A stretch of DNA of 36,718 nt from Macrostomum lignano (Eukaryota), in contig NIVC01001792.1 in the NCBI GenBank assembly GCA_002269645.1, positions 1 through 36,718 on the forward strand, written 5' to 3'. Below the pieces are notes generated by a model. It made no database searches, had not been told where the DNA came from, and saw only the letters and a program-made list of their open reading frames with translations. The translations under genes were made by a program, and so were the position numbers. Below are positions 11,371 to 22,879 of the stretch, in pieces (position 1 is the stretch's first letter; each line of letters starts with the position of its first letter).

Positions 11371-14300
11371 ATGGAGCCTCAGCTGCGAGCGACATGCTTC
11401 AAAAAGCGACTGTGCCATCGGTATCTGCTGCGCAGCAGTGGCAGCTCCGTCTCCAATCACCCTCACCTTCAGCAGCAGCAGCCACATCAACATCGCAGCG
11501 ACATTGTTGCCACCGTCGATAGTTTGCATTCTCAAGTGTGCCAGTCGCCACCAACTTACATTACAGTTTCTTCATCGTCTACTGCGTTTCCTTCTAGTTC
11601 CTTATTTTCTTCTCAATCTCCGAGTTTGCCTTCCCGTCTGTCGCAAAGCGTTTCTTCTTGGCCAGACGCTTCCAAGATGGCCGCCTCGCTCTCTGCTAAT
11701 GCAGTCGTCTCGATGTCTCCACCGACAAGACGGTCGCCGCGTTGGTGGCCGTGCAACGTCTGCGGTCGTAGATTTCAACGCAGTGATCTGCTTCGCAGGC
11801 ACGCCCGAAGTCATTCTGGTCGACGTGACTACCTGTGTGAAGAGTGCGGTCAGGCTTTTGCTAGGTGAGGCTTCTCAGTTAAGTGTATAACTATTAATGT
11901 GAACAAATTAGTGCTTGTCATTCTGTTATTTTTACCCTTTATCAAATCTGAGTAGGCGCTACCCTTCATCAAATCTGAGTAGGCGCTACCCTTCATCGAA
12001 TCTGAGTAGGCGCTACCCTTCATCGAATCTGAGTAGGCGCTAGCCTTCATCGAATCTGATAGGCGCTAGCCTTCATCGAATCTGAGTAGGCGCTACCCTT
12101 CATCAAATCTGAGTAGGCGCTACCCTTCATCGAATCTGAGTAGGCGCTACCCTTCATCGAATCTGAGTAGGCGCTACCCTTCATCGAATCTGAGTAGGCG
12201 CTAGCCTTCATCGAATCTGATAGGCGCTACCCTTCATCGAATTCGAATCTGAGTAGGCGCTAGCCTTCATCGAATCTGAGTAGGCGCTAACCTTCATCAA
12301 ATCTGAGTAGGCGCTACCCTTCATCGAATCTGAGTAGGCGCTACCCTTCATCGAATCTGAGTAGGCGCTACCGTTTATCGAATCTGAGTAGGCGCTACCC
12401 TTCATCAAATCTGAGTAGGCGCTACCCTTTATTCTCAAATCAATTTATGTATTATGTATGTAAACAACAACATTAGTGGCAAAAATAAGGGTGTTGTTGT
12501 GACGCTAAGTGCTTATTTATAGAAAACTTACTTGAATTAATTTATAAATTTAGAGTACTGACGTAGATCAGTTTGATTTATCACCAGCTAGTTTCATTCT
12601 GTTAGGCCAGCTCATACGCTACTTGTTTGGCTGCACAAAGCGAGACGTTCTTTACCATACCATTTTTGAAGTTTGTGCATGAGGTTGTTTGTGTTTTCCG
12701 TGTTTACTTCCTAGTAGAGTTGCCAAGTTAAGAGTCAACCAGTTTCTTGTAAAGAGCCGGTAGGGGGGGGGCGACAATGACTCAACACGGCTGATCCTAA
12801 CTGCTTCAACACCGGCTGAGGTTGGGAAGAAGACGGAGCATTTTAATTGTTAGCTCACACACCCTTCTAGTGTATATTTATCATATAAGTAAATAAAGGT
12901 TAGGCAAAGGTCAGCCAGGCATTGTAACCGCGTTGCAACGGATCAGTTCATAACAGTGCGCTCTCGTAGTTCAAATTGTGAGCTAATGATTTTGGTTTAG
13001 TGCAACCAAAGCTGTTCTGTCTGCCTGACCTTTGATTTGCTTGGATGAAAAGCCTTTTGGGGCAAAGGTTAAACTGAATGGAATTTGACCTTACTATCGG
13101 TGCAGCCTACTGCAGAGATGAAAATTTGTTTTGGATTTTATTACACACAGTTCCTACCAATGATGACAAATATTGACCTCAGTTGACCTCGCAACTGCAT
13201 TCATTCATGCATCTGGGCCACGATCCATTATCAAACTTTATTAATTCTCAGAAATGAGGCTGGGACAAACCATGATATAAGTGGGCGATAACCGATCATA
13301 GTATTGTAAGAGTAGGTGGGCGATGACCAACCATGATATGATATTTAGACTCAAAGGGCGATGACCGATCATGATAAATGGACACAAAGAGTGATGACCG
13401 ATCATCATAAACAGACACAAAGGGTGATGACCGATCATTATAAACAGACATATAGGGCGATGACCGATCATGATAAGCAGACACAAAGGGTGATGACCGA
13501 TCATGATAAATAGACACAAAGAGTGATGACCGATCATGATAAATAGACACAAAGAGTGATGACCGATCATGATAAACAGACATATAGGGCGATGACCGAT
13601 CATGATAAGCAGACACAAAGGGTGATGACCGATCATGATAAATAGACACAAAGAGTGATGACCGATCATGATAAACAGACATATAGGGCGATGACCGATC
13701 ATGATAAGCAGACACAAAGGGTGATGACCGATCATGATAAATAGACACAAAGAGTGATGACCGATCATGATAAACAGACATATAGGGCGATGACCGATCA
13801 TGATAAGCAGACACAAAGGGTGATGACCGATCATGATAAATAGACACAAAGAGTGATGACCGATCATGATAAACAGACATATAGGGCGATGACCGATCAT
13901 GATAAGCAGACACAAAGGGTGATGACCGATCATGATAAATAGACACAAAGAGTGATGACCGATCATGATAAATAGACACAAAGAGTGATGACCGATCATG
14001 ATAAATAGACACAAAGAGTGATGACCGATCATGATAAATAGACACAAAGAGTGATGACCGATCATGATAAATAGACACAAAGAGTGATGACCGATCATGA
14101 TAAATAGACACAAAGAGTGATGACCGATCATGATAAATAGACACAAAGAGTGATGACCGATCATGATAAACAGACACAGAAGGTGATGACCAAATATATT
14201 TCAACGCCCGCCCGCAGATCTGACCACCTGGCAACGCACAGACGCAAGCACACGGGTGAGAAGCCGTATTCCTGCGGCCAGTGCAGCTACTCGGCCAGTC

Positions 14301-14488
14301 GAGGCGACATGGTCACCAGGCATAGGCGGACCATTCACCGCCAGGCTGGCGAAGGCTTCGCTGACGCCGAATCGAATTCAATAGCAGCTACGCGTAGTTG
14401 CCCTGTTAATGAGCAGCGTGTTCAAATTTCTCTGCCTTCAACCGCTGCTAGCGGCGTTTTCGAATCGTTGCGTTCCAGCACTCGCTGA
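11371..14488 (+). CDS. EGR-like C2H2 zinc-finger transcription factor (3 fingers, ~254 aa)
   Basis: Exons 11371-11864 and 14218-14488 joined in phase 2 (GTGAGG...CCCGCAG), which completes finger 2. Fingers: CNVC..RSDLLRRH..H, CEEC..RSDHLATH..H-TGEKPY, CGQC..RGDMVTRH...H. Ser-rich N-terminus; AATAAA at 14513. Confidence 0.85.
11935..12430. repeat. 27-bp minisatellite (~18 copies) in the zinc-finger intron
   Basis: Unit AATCTGAGTAGGCGCTACCCTTCATCG. Confidence 0.95.
13315..14192. repeat. 33-bp minisatellite (~26 copies) in the zinc-finger intron
   Basis: Unit TGATGACCGATCATGATAAATAGACACAAAGAG with variants; ends ~25 bp before the acceptor. Confidence 0.95.
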
Positions 14489-14594
14489 TGGCAGGCATGG
14501 TTTTTTGACTGAAATAAATTTTCTTTTTCGGGTGCTGCTATGGCCGCTATGACTGCGATCTGTCAGTCAGTTCTTGATCCTTAGGCTGCCTTAG

Positions 14595-14893
14595 AGCTGC
14601 CACCCCTCTGATCCTTCAGTGACCTGAGCTGCCACCCCTCTGATCCCTCAGTGGCCTGAGCTGCCACCCCTCTGATCCTTCAGTGACCTGAGCTGCCACC
14701 CCTCTGATCCTTCAGTGGCCTGAGCTGCCACCCCTCTGATCCTTCAGTGACCTGAGCTGCCACCCCTCTGATCCTTCAGTGGCCTGAGCTGCCACCCCTC
14801 TGATCCTTCAGTGGCCTGAGCTGCCACCCTCTGATCCTTCAGTGACCTGAGCTGCCACCCCTCTGATCCTTCAGTGGCCTGAGCTGCCACCCC
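14595..14893. repeat. 32-bp minisatellite (~9 copies)
   Basis: Unit GAGCTGCCACCCCTCTGATCCTTCAGTG(A/G)CCT, just downstream of the zinc-finger stop codon. Confidence 0.95.
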
Positions 14894-15394
14894 TTCGCAA
14901 GAATTTTCTGTAGATAATAAATTTTATTATTAGAAGTTATATCTGTTTAAATAGTTTGTTTTTATTGCATAGTTATTAATAAGTGCGTATTTTCTAGAAT
15001 CTGGTTGCTATTTACGCGTGTTTATACATGCAAATGCCTTTCATCTTACTTTTAAACTATAGTTTATCACTATCAGTCGCCGTAATAAGCTTTGTGTAAA
15101 TATACTTACTGCGATGCTATATAATGTTGAATTACTTCTTGGTGTCAATTGGCTATCCCTAAGGAAAAAAATTAAAATGCGCCTATCACAGTGCATTTTG
15201 ACGTCTCAAATAGTTAAAATCAAAAACTCAAGTGCATCGAAAAAATCTTGTTATATTATCAGACACTATAAATTTAACAGTAGCTCTGACTTGTTGGGTT
15301 TATAATTAAAATATTTTAGGACAATATACAGCTTAGATATTTTATCTTATGTACATGTTATATAAATGGCAATTACCCTTATAGTCTGCACAAG

Positions 15395-16565
15395 AACCGC
15401 TCCTTAAATATCCCCAAGAATCGCGCCTAAAATTTTCTAAGAACCGCCCCAAAATCTCCCTAAGACCCGTCCTTAAATCTCCGTAAGAACCGTCCCTAAT
15501 TCTCCCTAAGAACCGCCCCAATATCTCCCTAAGACCCGTCCCTAAATCTCCGTAAGAATCGTCCCTAAATCTCCGTAGGAACCGTCCCGAATTCTCCCTA
15601 AGACCCGTCCCTAAATCTCCCTAAAAACCGCCCCAATATCTCCCTAAGACCCGTCCCTAATTCTCCCTAAGACCCGTCCCTAATTCTCCCTAAGAACCGC
15701 CCCAATATCTCCCTAAGACCCGTCCCTAATTCTCCCTAAGAACCGCCCCAATATCTCCCTAAGACCCGTCCCTAATTCTCCCTAAGAACCGCCCCAATAT
15801 CTCCCTAAGACCCGTCCCTAATTCTCCCTAAGACCCGTCCCTAATTCTCCCTAAGAACCGCCCCAATATCTCCCTAAGACCCGTCCCTAATTCTCCCTAA
15901 GAACCGCCCCAATATCTCCCTAAGACCCGTCCCTAATTCTCCCTAAGAACCGCCCCAATATCTCCCTAAGACCCGTCCCTAATTCTCCCTAAGAACCGTC
16001 CCTAAATCTTTCTAAGAACGCCCCTAAATCTCCGTAGGAATCGCCCCTAAATCCCCCTAAGAACCGCTTCTAAATCGCCCTAAGAATCTCCCCTAAATCT
16101 TCTTAAGAATCGCTCCTAAATCTCTGTAAGAACCGTCCCTAATTCTCCCTAAGAACCGCCCCAATATCTCCCTAAGACCCGTCCCTAATTCTCCCTAAGA
16201 ACCGCCCCAATATCTCCCTAAGACCCGTCCCTAATTCTCCCTAAGAACCGCCCCAATATCTCCCTAAGACCCGTCCCTAATTCTCCCTAAGAACCGCCCC
16301 AATATCTCCCTAAGACCCGTCCCTAATTCTCCCTAAGAACCGCCCCAATATCTCCCTAAGACCCGTCCCTAATTCTCCCTAAGAACCGCTTCTAAATCGC
16401 CCTAAGAATCTCCCCTAAATCTTCTTAAGAATCGCTCCTAAATCTCTGTAAGAACCGTCCCTAATTCTCCCTAAGAACCGCCCCTAAATCTCCCTAAAAA
16501 CCGCCCCTAAATCTCCCTAAGAACCGCCCCTAAATCTCCCTAAGAACCGCCCCTTAAATATCTTT
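15395..16565. repeat. 23/46-bp minisatellite rich in CCCTAA hexamers
   Basis: Dimer CCCTAAGACCCGTCCCTAATTCT-CCCTAAGAACCGCCCCAATATCT, degenerate at the edges. Confidence 0.95.
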
Positions 16566-16799
16566 AAGAATGGCTTTCAGAATTTAATTGTGTTTAATTA
16601 AATCTCGCCGTTGAAATGTCAACTCTCAGTTGACATCAATCAATCACTCAAATTATGTTTATTGCTTGCTTTTCCTTCTGCATTCCGAATTTTCTCGAAC
16701 ACTGACCGTCTTTGCAGTTTATCGGAAGTTGTCTGGTTTTTGTTTCAAGATTTTATTAATTTAAAAAAAACAAAGCAAACTTCTCATCGCATAGTTGCT

Positions 16800-19339
16800 A
16801 TGGCAACCGCGTACACCTGCGAACACTTGAGCACTCAGCTGGGGCCCGGCAGTCCCGGCCGCGGCCAATATGAGATGCTATTAAAGCGACTCGTTTATCC
16901 TCGCAGTCCAGTCGAACGGGTGCTGAAATCCCAGAAGCAGAAATGCGCCCAATGCGACAGTATGGCCAGGGTTCACGCTTGCCTACTCTGCGTTCACTTT
17001 GGTTGCTATGGCAACGGTCATATTCAAGGTCACGTGGACGCAGCGCATCCGGCCGGAGGATCTCAGGCTAGGCTAAGCGTGGATTTGAGCTCTGGCCAGG
17101 TTTACTGCCACGATTGCTCGGATTATCGCTACGATCTTAGCCTGCTGCAGATGCTGCGTCAGTGCCGACGGCGGGCCTTCAAATCGTTAGGCGTGCCGAA
17201 CTTCTTCGAAGACTGGATACCCTCTGAGGAGTTCCTAGCCGTGCTGGCTAAGAATCGATTGAATCTGCGAGTGTCAACTAATCAATTGCTGGGATTGCGC
17301 GGCCTGGTTAATCTGGGCAATACCTGCTTTATGAGCTGCATTGTTCAGGTTAGTAAATATTGCTTTTAAACTACTTAGTAAGTAGTAAAGAAACCAGTTG
17401 ATTATTTTTGTCTGTTAGCATACTGTCTAGAAGGACTGTTCGTTCGTTCACAAAAGGTGATGTTAGAAGACTACAATAAAACTGATCAGATACATCATAC
17501 AAACAAATTCTGACAACATGAACAGTTCTGACACAACATGAAGAACAGTTCTGACACAACATAAACAGCTCTGACTCAACATGAAGAACAGTTCTGACAC
17601 AACATAAACAGCTCTGACTCATGAACAGTTCTGACACAACATGAAGAACAGTTCTGACACAACATGAACAGCTCTGACTCATGAACAGTCTTGACACAAC
17701 ATTAACAAGTTCTGACACATGAACAGTCCTGACACAACATTAACAAATTCTGACAAAACATAAAGAACAGTCTGACACTACATGTACATGAGGAACAGTT
17801 CTGACACAACATGAGGAACAGTTCTGACACAACATGAGGAACAGCTCTGACACACCTAATACCATGTGTCAGGTCACGAATACCTACAAACCGTCCCTCT
17901 CAGGCACTGGTTCACACGCCCGTGCTGCGCGACTTCTTCCTGTTGGATCCGCACTCCAGCCTGCGCGAGCACCCCGCCCTGTCCTGCCTCGTGTGCGAGT
18001 TTGCCCGACTATTTCGCGAATTCTATTCCGACTGCGATAATCCATTCGTGCCGAGCTCCACTCTGCACTTAATCTGGGTGCACGCGCACCATCTAGCCGG
18101 CTACGAACAGCAGGACGCGCACGAATTTCTAATGGCCGCTTTAAATCTGCTGCACCAGCATTTCCAAGCCGATTCTGGCAGCGGAGAGCCGAACGGTTGC
18201 ACAGTTGGTCACCAGCTGCAGTTACAGCAGCAGAGAAGTCCATGCCGGTGCATTGTTGACCAAGTGTTCTCTGGTGAATTCCAGTCCGATCTCAAGTGTC
18301 TCGGCTGCGACAGCGTCTCGCGTACTATCGACCCGTTTTGGGATATTTCGTTGGATATGAACACCCTGACTAGCGAGAGTCAGACTCTTGGCTGCTCTCT
18401 GGAACGGTGGGTATTTTAGCTTTAGAGATGAACCTGGTGCTGGTAAAAACAGCGCGGTAATTTTCCGTTTAGAAAATGAGGTCTCGGATAATTCGTATGG
18501 GAATTTTGGGAGCTAAGATAATGAATTAATGGATTCTCTGGGGAATTTAGGCATTCTAAATGGAACTTGGGTGCATTCTAGGGAAATTGAGATATTCTAG
18601 GGGTAATTCAGGCGTTCTAGGGTAATTCAGGCGTTCTAGGGGGAATTTAATCATTCCAGGGGGAATTTAGGCATTCTGGGGAGGGAGTTTAGGCATACTA
18701 AATGGATTTTATACATTCAAAAGAAATTTATACATTCTAGGGATAATTCAGGGGGGATTTGGAGGATTTCGTTGGGGAATCAAAAGATTCTACGGAGGAA
18801 TCGAGGGATTTTAGTGGAGAATTCCGTAGGAAAGAATAATATATTTTTGGGTTTTGAAAAGAACTGCCCAGGTGTGCCGCATTGTTTGCAGGTACATCGC
18901 CCCCGAGCATCGAGGCAAGATTCGCTGCTTCCGCTGCCAGACAGTGCAAGACTCTATCAAACAGTTGACCTTTCGCAAGCTGCCAGTTGTGGCCTGTTTC
19001 CATTTCAAACGGTTCCAGCACGCCTGTCTGAATCACAGGAAGATTAGCACTCACATCTCGTTTCCCGAGCTGCTCGACATGACACCGTTCATGTCTAGCA
19101 AGGCTAATCACGACGACTCGTTGGAGCGTCTTGGCAAACAGTACCGCCTGTTCTGCGTAGTGAATCACTCCGGTAGTCTGAGCGCCGGTCACTACACCTG
19201 CTACGTGCGGCACAATTGTAACACCTGGTACAAATGCGACGATCACCAGATTAGCGATGTGCCAGTGTCTGAGGTGCTGACCTCCGAGGGCTATCTGCTG
19301 TTCTATCACAAAGTTGTGCTAGATTATCATGTCACTTAA
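16800..19339 (+). CDS. USP22: Ubiquitin-specific protease 22 (SAGA deubiquitinase; Ubp8/nonstop ortholog), ~499 aa
   Basis: Exons 16800-17348, 17904-18406, 18892-19339. ZnF-UBP (HACLLCVHFGC...VYCHDCSDYRYD), Cys box GLVNLGNTCFMSCIVQ, QQDAHEF, TIDPFWDISLD, LPVVACFHFKRF, His box NHSGSLSAGHY, WYKCDD. Confidence 0.93.
17505..17860. repeat. Minisatellite in USP22 intron 1
   Basis: Variable ~20-bp units GAACAG(T/C)TCTGAC(A/T)CAACAT. Confidence 0.9.
18495..18830. repeat. Degenerate ~19-bp minisatellite in USP22 intron 2
   Basis: Units like GGGGAATTTAGGCATTCTA. Confidence 0.8.
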
Positions 19340-19588
19340 TTTATAAATAGTGACTGACTGACTGCCTGGCTGACTATTAAAAAAGACTATGACTACAAAT
19401 GTCTTTTAAAACAACTTATTTATTCAGGCGTACTTGTGCGCGTTTCAGTAAACGGTTTAAACTAAATGAGAAATTTAATACTAACCAAAACTGTAGCTTG
19501 GTGTGTTTTATAACCATAATAATATTAACTTCTATTTACTATAATTGTTTAATGCATCGTTAATTATCCCAGAATATTGGTTTTTCTA

Positions 19589-20475
19589 CAGCTGCTAGAG
19601 TAGCTAGATATGCCGCTCGCAATTAAAGTTATGAAAGAAGTACACATCTACTCTTCCCGATGGGAAAAGGGCAGCCTTAGGGATAAGGGATAAGCTTATT
19701 TCAGTAGTTTGTCTGTGCTATGTCACTTAAATTTTATGTGGCAGCTAAAATTTCTTTTTGCTTCGTCGGGGCGTATGGGTTTAAGAAGGAACAGCAAGAA
19801 TTTAACTCCTACACAAGCGAACCCAAGATGGACGAAACTCTGTCTAGGGGACAGGCCCAATCTGGCTCAGCCAATGAGAGAGCAGTAAGGAGAGAGGTGA
19901 AATTTAGAAGAAACTCAGCCTAGGGGACAGGCCCAATCAGCCAATGAGAGAGCAGTAAGGAGAGAGGTGAAATTTAGACGAAACTCAGCCTAGGGGACAG
20001 GCCCAATCAGCCAATGAGAGAGCAGTAAGGAGAGAGGTGAAATTTGGACGAAACTCAGCCTAGGGGACAGGCCCAATCTGGCTCAGCCAATGAGAGAGCA
20101 GTAAAGAGAGAGAGGTCAGTCAGACGGACGAAACTCAGCCTAGGGGACAGGCCCAATCTGGCTCAGCCAATGAGAGAGAAGTAAGGAAAGGTGAAATTTG
20201 GACGAAACTCAGCCTAGGGGACAGGCCCAATCAGCCAATGAGAGAGCAGTAAGGAGAGAGGTGAAATTTGGACGAAACTCAGCCTAGGGGACAGGCCCAA
20301 TCTGGCTCAGCCAATGAGAGAGCAGTAAAGAGAGAGAGGTCAGTCAGACGGACGAAACTCAGCCTAGGGGACAGGCCCAATCTGGCTCAGCCAATGAGAG
20401 AGAAGTAAGGAAAGGTGAATTTTGGACGAAACTCAGCCTAGGGGACAGGCCCGATTTGGCTCAGTCAATGAGAGA
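19589..20475 (+). mobile_element. Dispersed repeat copy A with an internal 68-80-bp tandem array
   Basis: The unique part (CTTATTTCAGTAGTTTGTCTG...TGTCACTT.AATTTTATGTGG.AGCTAAAAT...TACACAAG.GAAC) and the tandem unit GACGAAACTCAGCCTAGGGGACAGGCCCAATC..CAGCCAATGAGAGAGCAGTAAGG both recur inverted at 26465-26889. About 9 units. No TIR or TSD found. Confidence 0.7.
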
Positions 20476-21025
20476 AAACAAAGAACTATAACTTTCCTAC
20501 TGAACAGAGTTGATGAACGAAATTTTTTTGCAAGTGACATATTTAGTTTTCTAGCATCTCGTGTACGATTATCTGACCTTACATGATTATTTATTTACCG
20601 CTTATGTTTGTCTTATGTTTGTCTTTTTTCCTAATATTATTGATAATATCAATGCTGTAAAATAAACGGATAACTTATTGATGTAAAATGAACTAAATAA
20701 ATATTTATGTTTAGTGCTTTCAGCCTGTAACTGATGTTCGTGTACCAACCCAACTAAATAAGACTGAAGTGTGTTGTATAGTGCCGCTATCGTTTTGATC
20801 AGATTTTTAAAGAGTGACTACTGACTGATTCACTGTTGACTAAGTGTATACATTTAATTACTCTAGAAATGATAGGTAGTACACTATCCATATAAACTTC
20901 TGAAGCCATTTTTAACACAGTCCTTGACTTGCTCCCCAGTTATATTGTGCGTAACTGCTTAGACAGGCGGTCTTTGTAGTCCTGTAGCGCTTTCATTCAC
21001 TCTCATTCATTCTCGCTTCACTCTT

Positions 21026-21078
21026 ATGGTTTTCTGTCTGTCTGCCTGCCTTTCTGTCTGTCTGTATGTCTGCCTGCC

Positions 21079-21112
<34 letters not shown>

Positions 21113-21790
21113 GTTTGTCAGCTTGCCTACCTGCCTGTTTGTTTTAGTATCAATGTCTCTGTGTTTGTCAGCTTGCCTACCTGCCTGTTTGTTTTAGTAT
21201 CAATGTGTCTGTGTTTGTCAGCTTGCCTACCTGCCTGTTTGTTTTAGTATCAATGTGTCTGTGTTTGTCAGCTTGCCTACCTGCCTGTTTGTTTTAGTAT
21301 CAATGTCTGTCTGTGTTTGTCAGCTTGCCTACCTGCCTGTTTGTTTTAGTATCAATGTGTCTGTGTTTGTCAGCTTGCCTACCTGCCTGTTTGTTTTAGT
21401 ATCAATGTCTCTGTGTTTGTCAGCTTGCCTACCTGCCTGTTTGTTTTAGTATCAATGTCTGTCTGTGTTTGTCAGCTTGCCTACCTGCCTGTTTGTTTTA
21501 GTATCAATGTCTCTGTGTTTGTCAGCTTGCCTACCTGCCTGTTTGTTTTAGTATCAATGTCTGTCTGTGTTTGTCAGCTTGCCTACCTGCCTGTTTGTTT
21601 TAGTATCAATGTCTGTCTGTGTTTGTCAGCTTGCCTACCTGCCTGTTTGTTTTAGTATCAATGTCTGTCTGTGTTTGTCAGCTTGCCTACCTGCCTGTTT
21701 GTTTTAGTATCAATGTCTCTGTGTTTGTCAGCTTGCCTACCTGCCTGTTTGTTTTAGTATCAATTTGTTTGTCTGTCTGTCTGTGTCTGT
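21026..21790. repeat. (TGTC)n followed by a 50/54-bp minisatellite (~13 copies)
   Basis: Unit GTGTTTGTCAGCTTGCCTACCTGCCTGTTTGTTTTAGTATCAATGTCTCT; starts at 21111, 21161, 21211. Confidence 0.95.
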
Positions 21791-22514
21791 CAATCCGTCA
21801 GTCTCTATCATTCTATAAAATTCTGTCTTAGTGTGCGTTTTTCTGTCTGTATTGTTATGTTTTTGGTATTCATTTTGCTAAAGTCTCTCTGAATACTAAA
21901 ATTAGCAAAAATCTCTGTTTGGTTTAACATCCATCCTTCAGTATCTTAAAATTTCTTGATTTTCTCTCTTCATTATTGTTTCTTTCTGTGTCTTTCTTGT
22001 TTTTTATTAAAATTCAAAATGGTCAGCATATATTTTGTTATTCTGTTAACCCCAATACTTCATTGGCAACTCTATTTAACTGCAGTAATACAGTCTGTTG
22101 GTATTACATCAGCATGGCTAACTTACTGTTTGGCTTTCATGTTGTTTTCTTTAATTGCTGTCATTTGTAATATGAGAATAATAAATAATTAACATTGTGT
22201 TGAACTCCCTGTCGCCCAGTCCTTTCGCACCCCCCACTGTCTCCGCAGTGTTTACCATGTTTGACAACTTGACGAATATCCGTAATAAAAAAATAAACTT
22301 TGGACCCGCTTTGTCATCAGTTTGATCTTGTTTGACGTCAATTTCGATCGCTTATTGAAATATTATTTGTTTTAATTCGTCCTTGAATTTCTGCTTTCAG
22401 TTTGATAAAACTGTGTAGGTTATAGTCCCATCAGCTTTTCTGTGCCTCCGTAATTCGATATCTAGTATGATTGTAATGGTAAGTTTAGTATTTACAATTG
22501 CCCCAGTATTTTCT

Positions 22515-22790
22515 CTAGCCATCTATGTATCTTTATCTATCTATCTATCTATCTATCTTTCTATCTATCTGTCTATCTATCTATCTATCTATCGATCTAT
22601 CTATCTATCTTTCTATCTATCTGTCTATCTATCTATCTATCTATCGATCTATCTATCTATCTTTCTATCTATCTGTCTATCTATCTGTCTATTTATCTAT
22701 CTATCTATCTATCTAACTGTCTATCTATCTATCTATCTATCTTTCTATCTAACTGTCTATCTATCTATCTATCTATCTGTCTGTCTGTGT
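22515..22790. repeat. (ATCT)n microsatellite upstream of DUS4L, possibly inside a 5'UTR intron
   Basis: Imperfect ATCT run; GTAAGT at 22479 and AG dinucleotides at ~22801-22829 could bracket it. Confidence 0.9.
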
Positions 22791-22879
22791 AGTAATATCA
22801 GCTTCTAATTAGTCACTAAGACAAAATAGCATCCACAATGTTTGCCGCTTATCTTATCCTATTCCATCTTACAAAATTC

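Noticed and set aside
11850-14234. Long repetitive ORFs (MKGSAYSDS, MIGHHSLCLFI, YHDRSSLFVSI)
   Set aside because: They are translations of 27- and 33-bp intronic arrays; splicing across them completes zinc finger 2.
21956-22260. Hydrophobic + strand ORF and a short minus-strand ATG ORF (MVNTAETVGG...)
   Set aside because: Mostly AT-rich, unlike the real exons here; no consistent splice chain or known motif.
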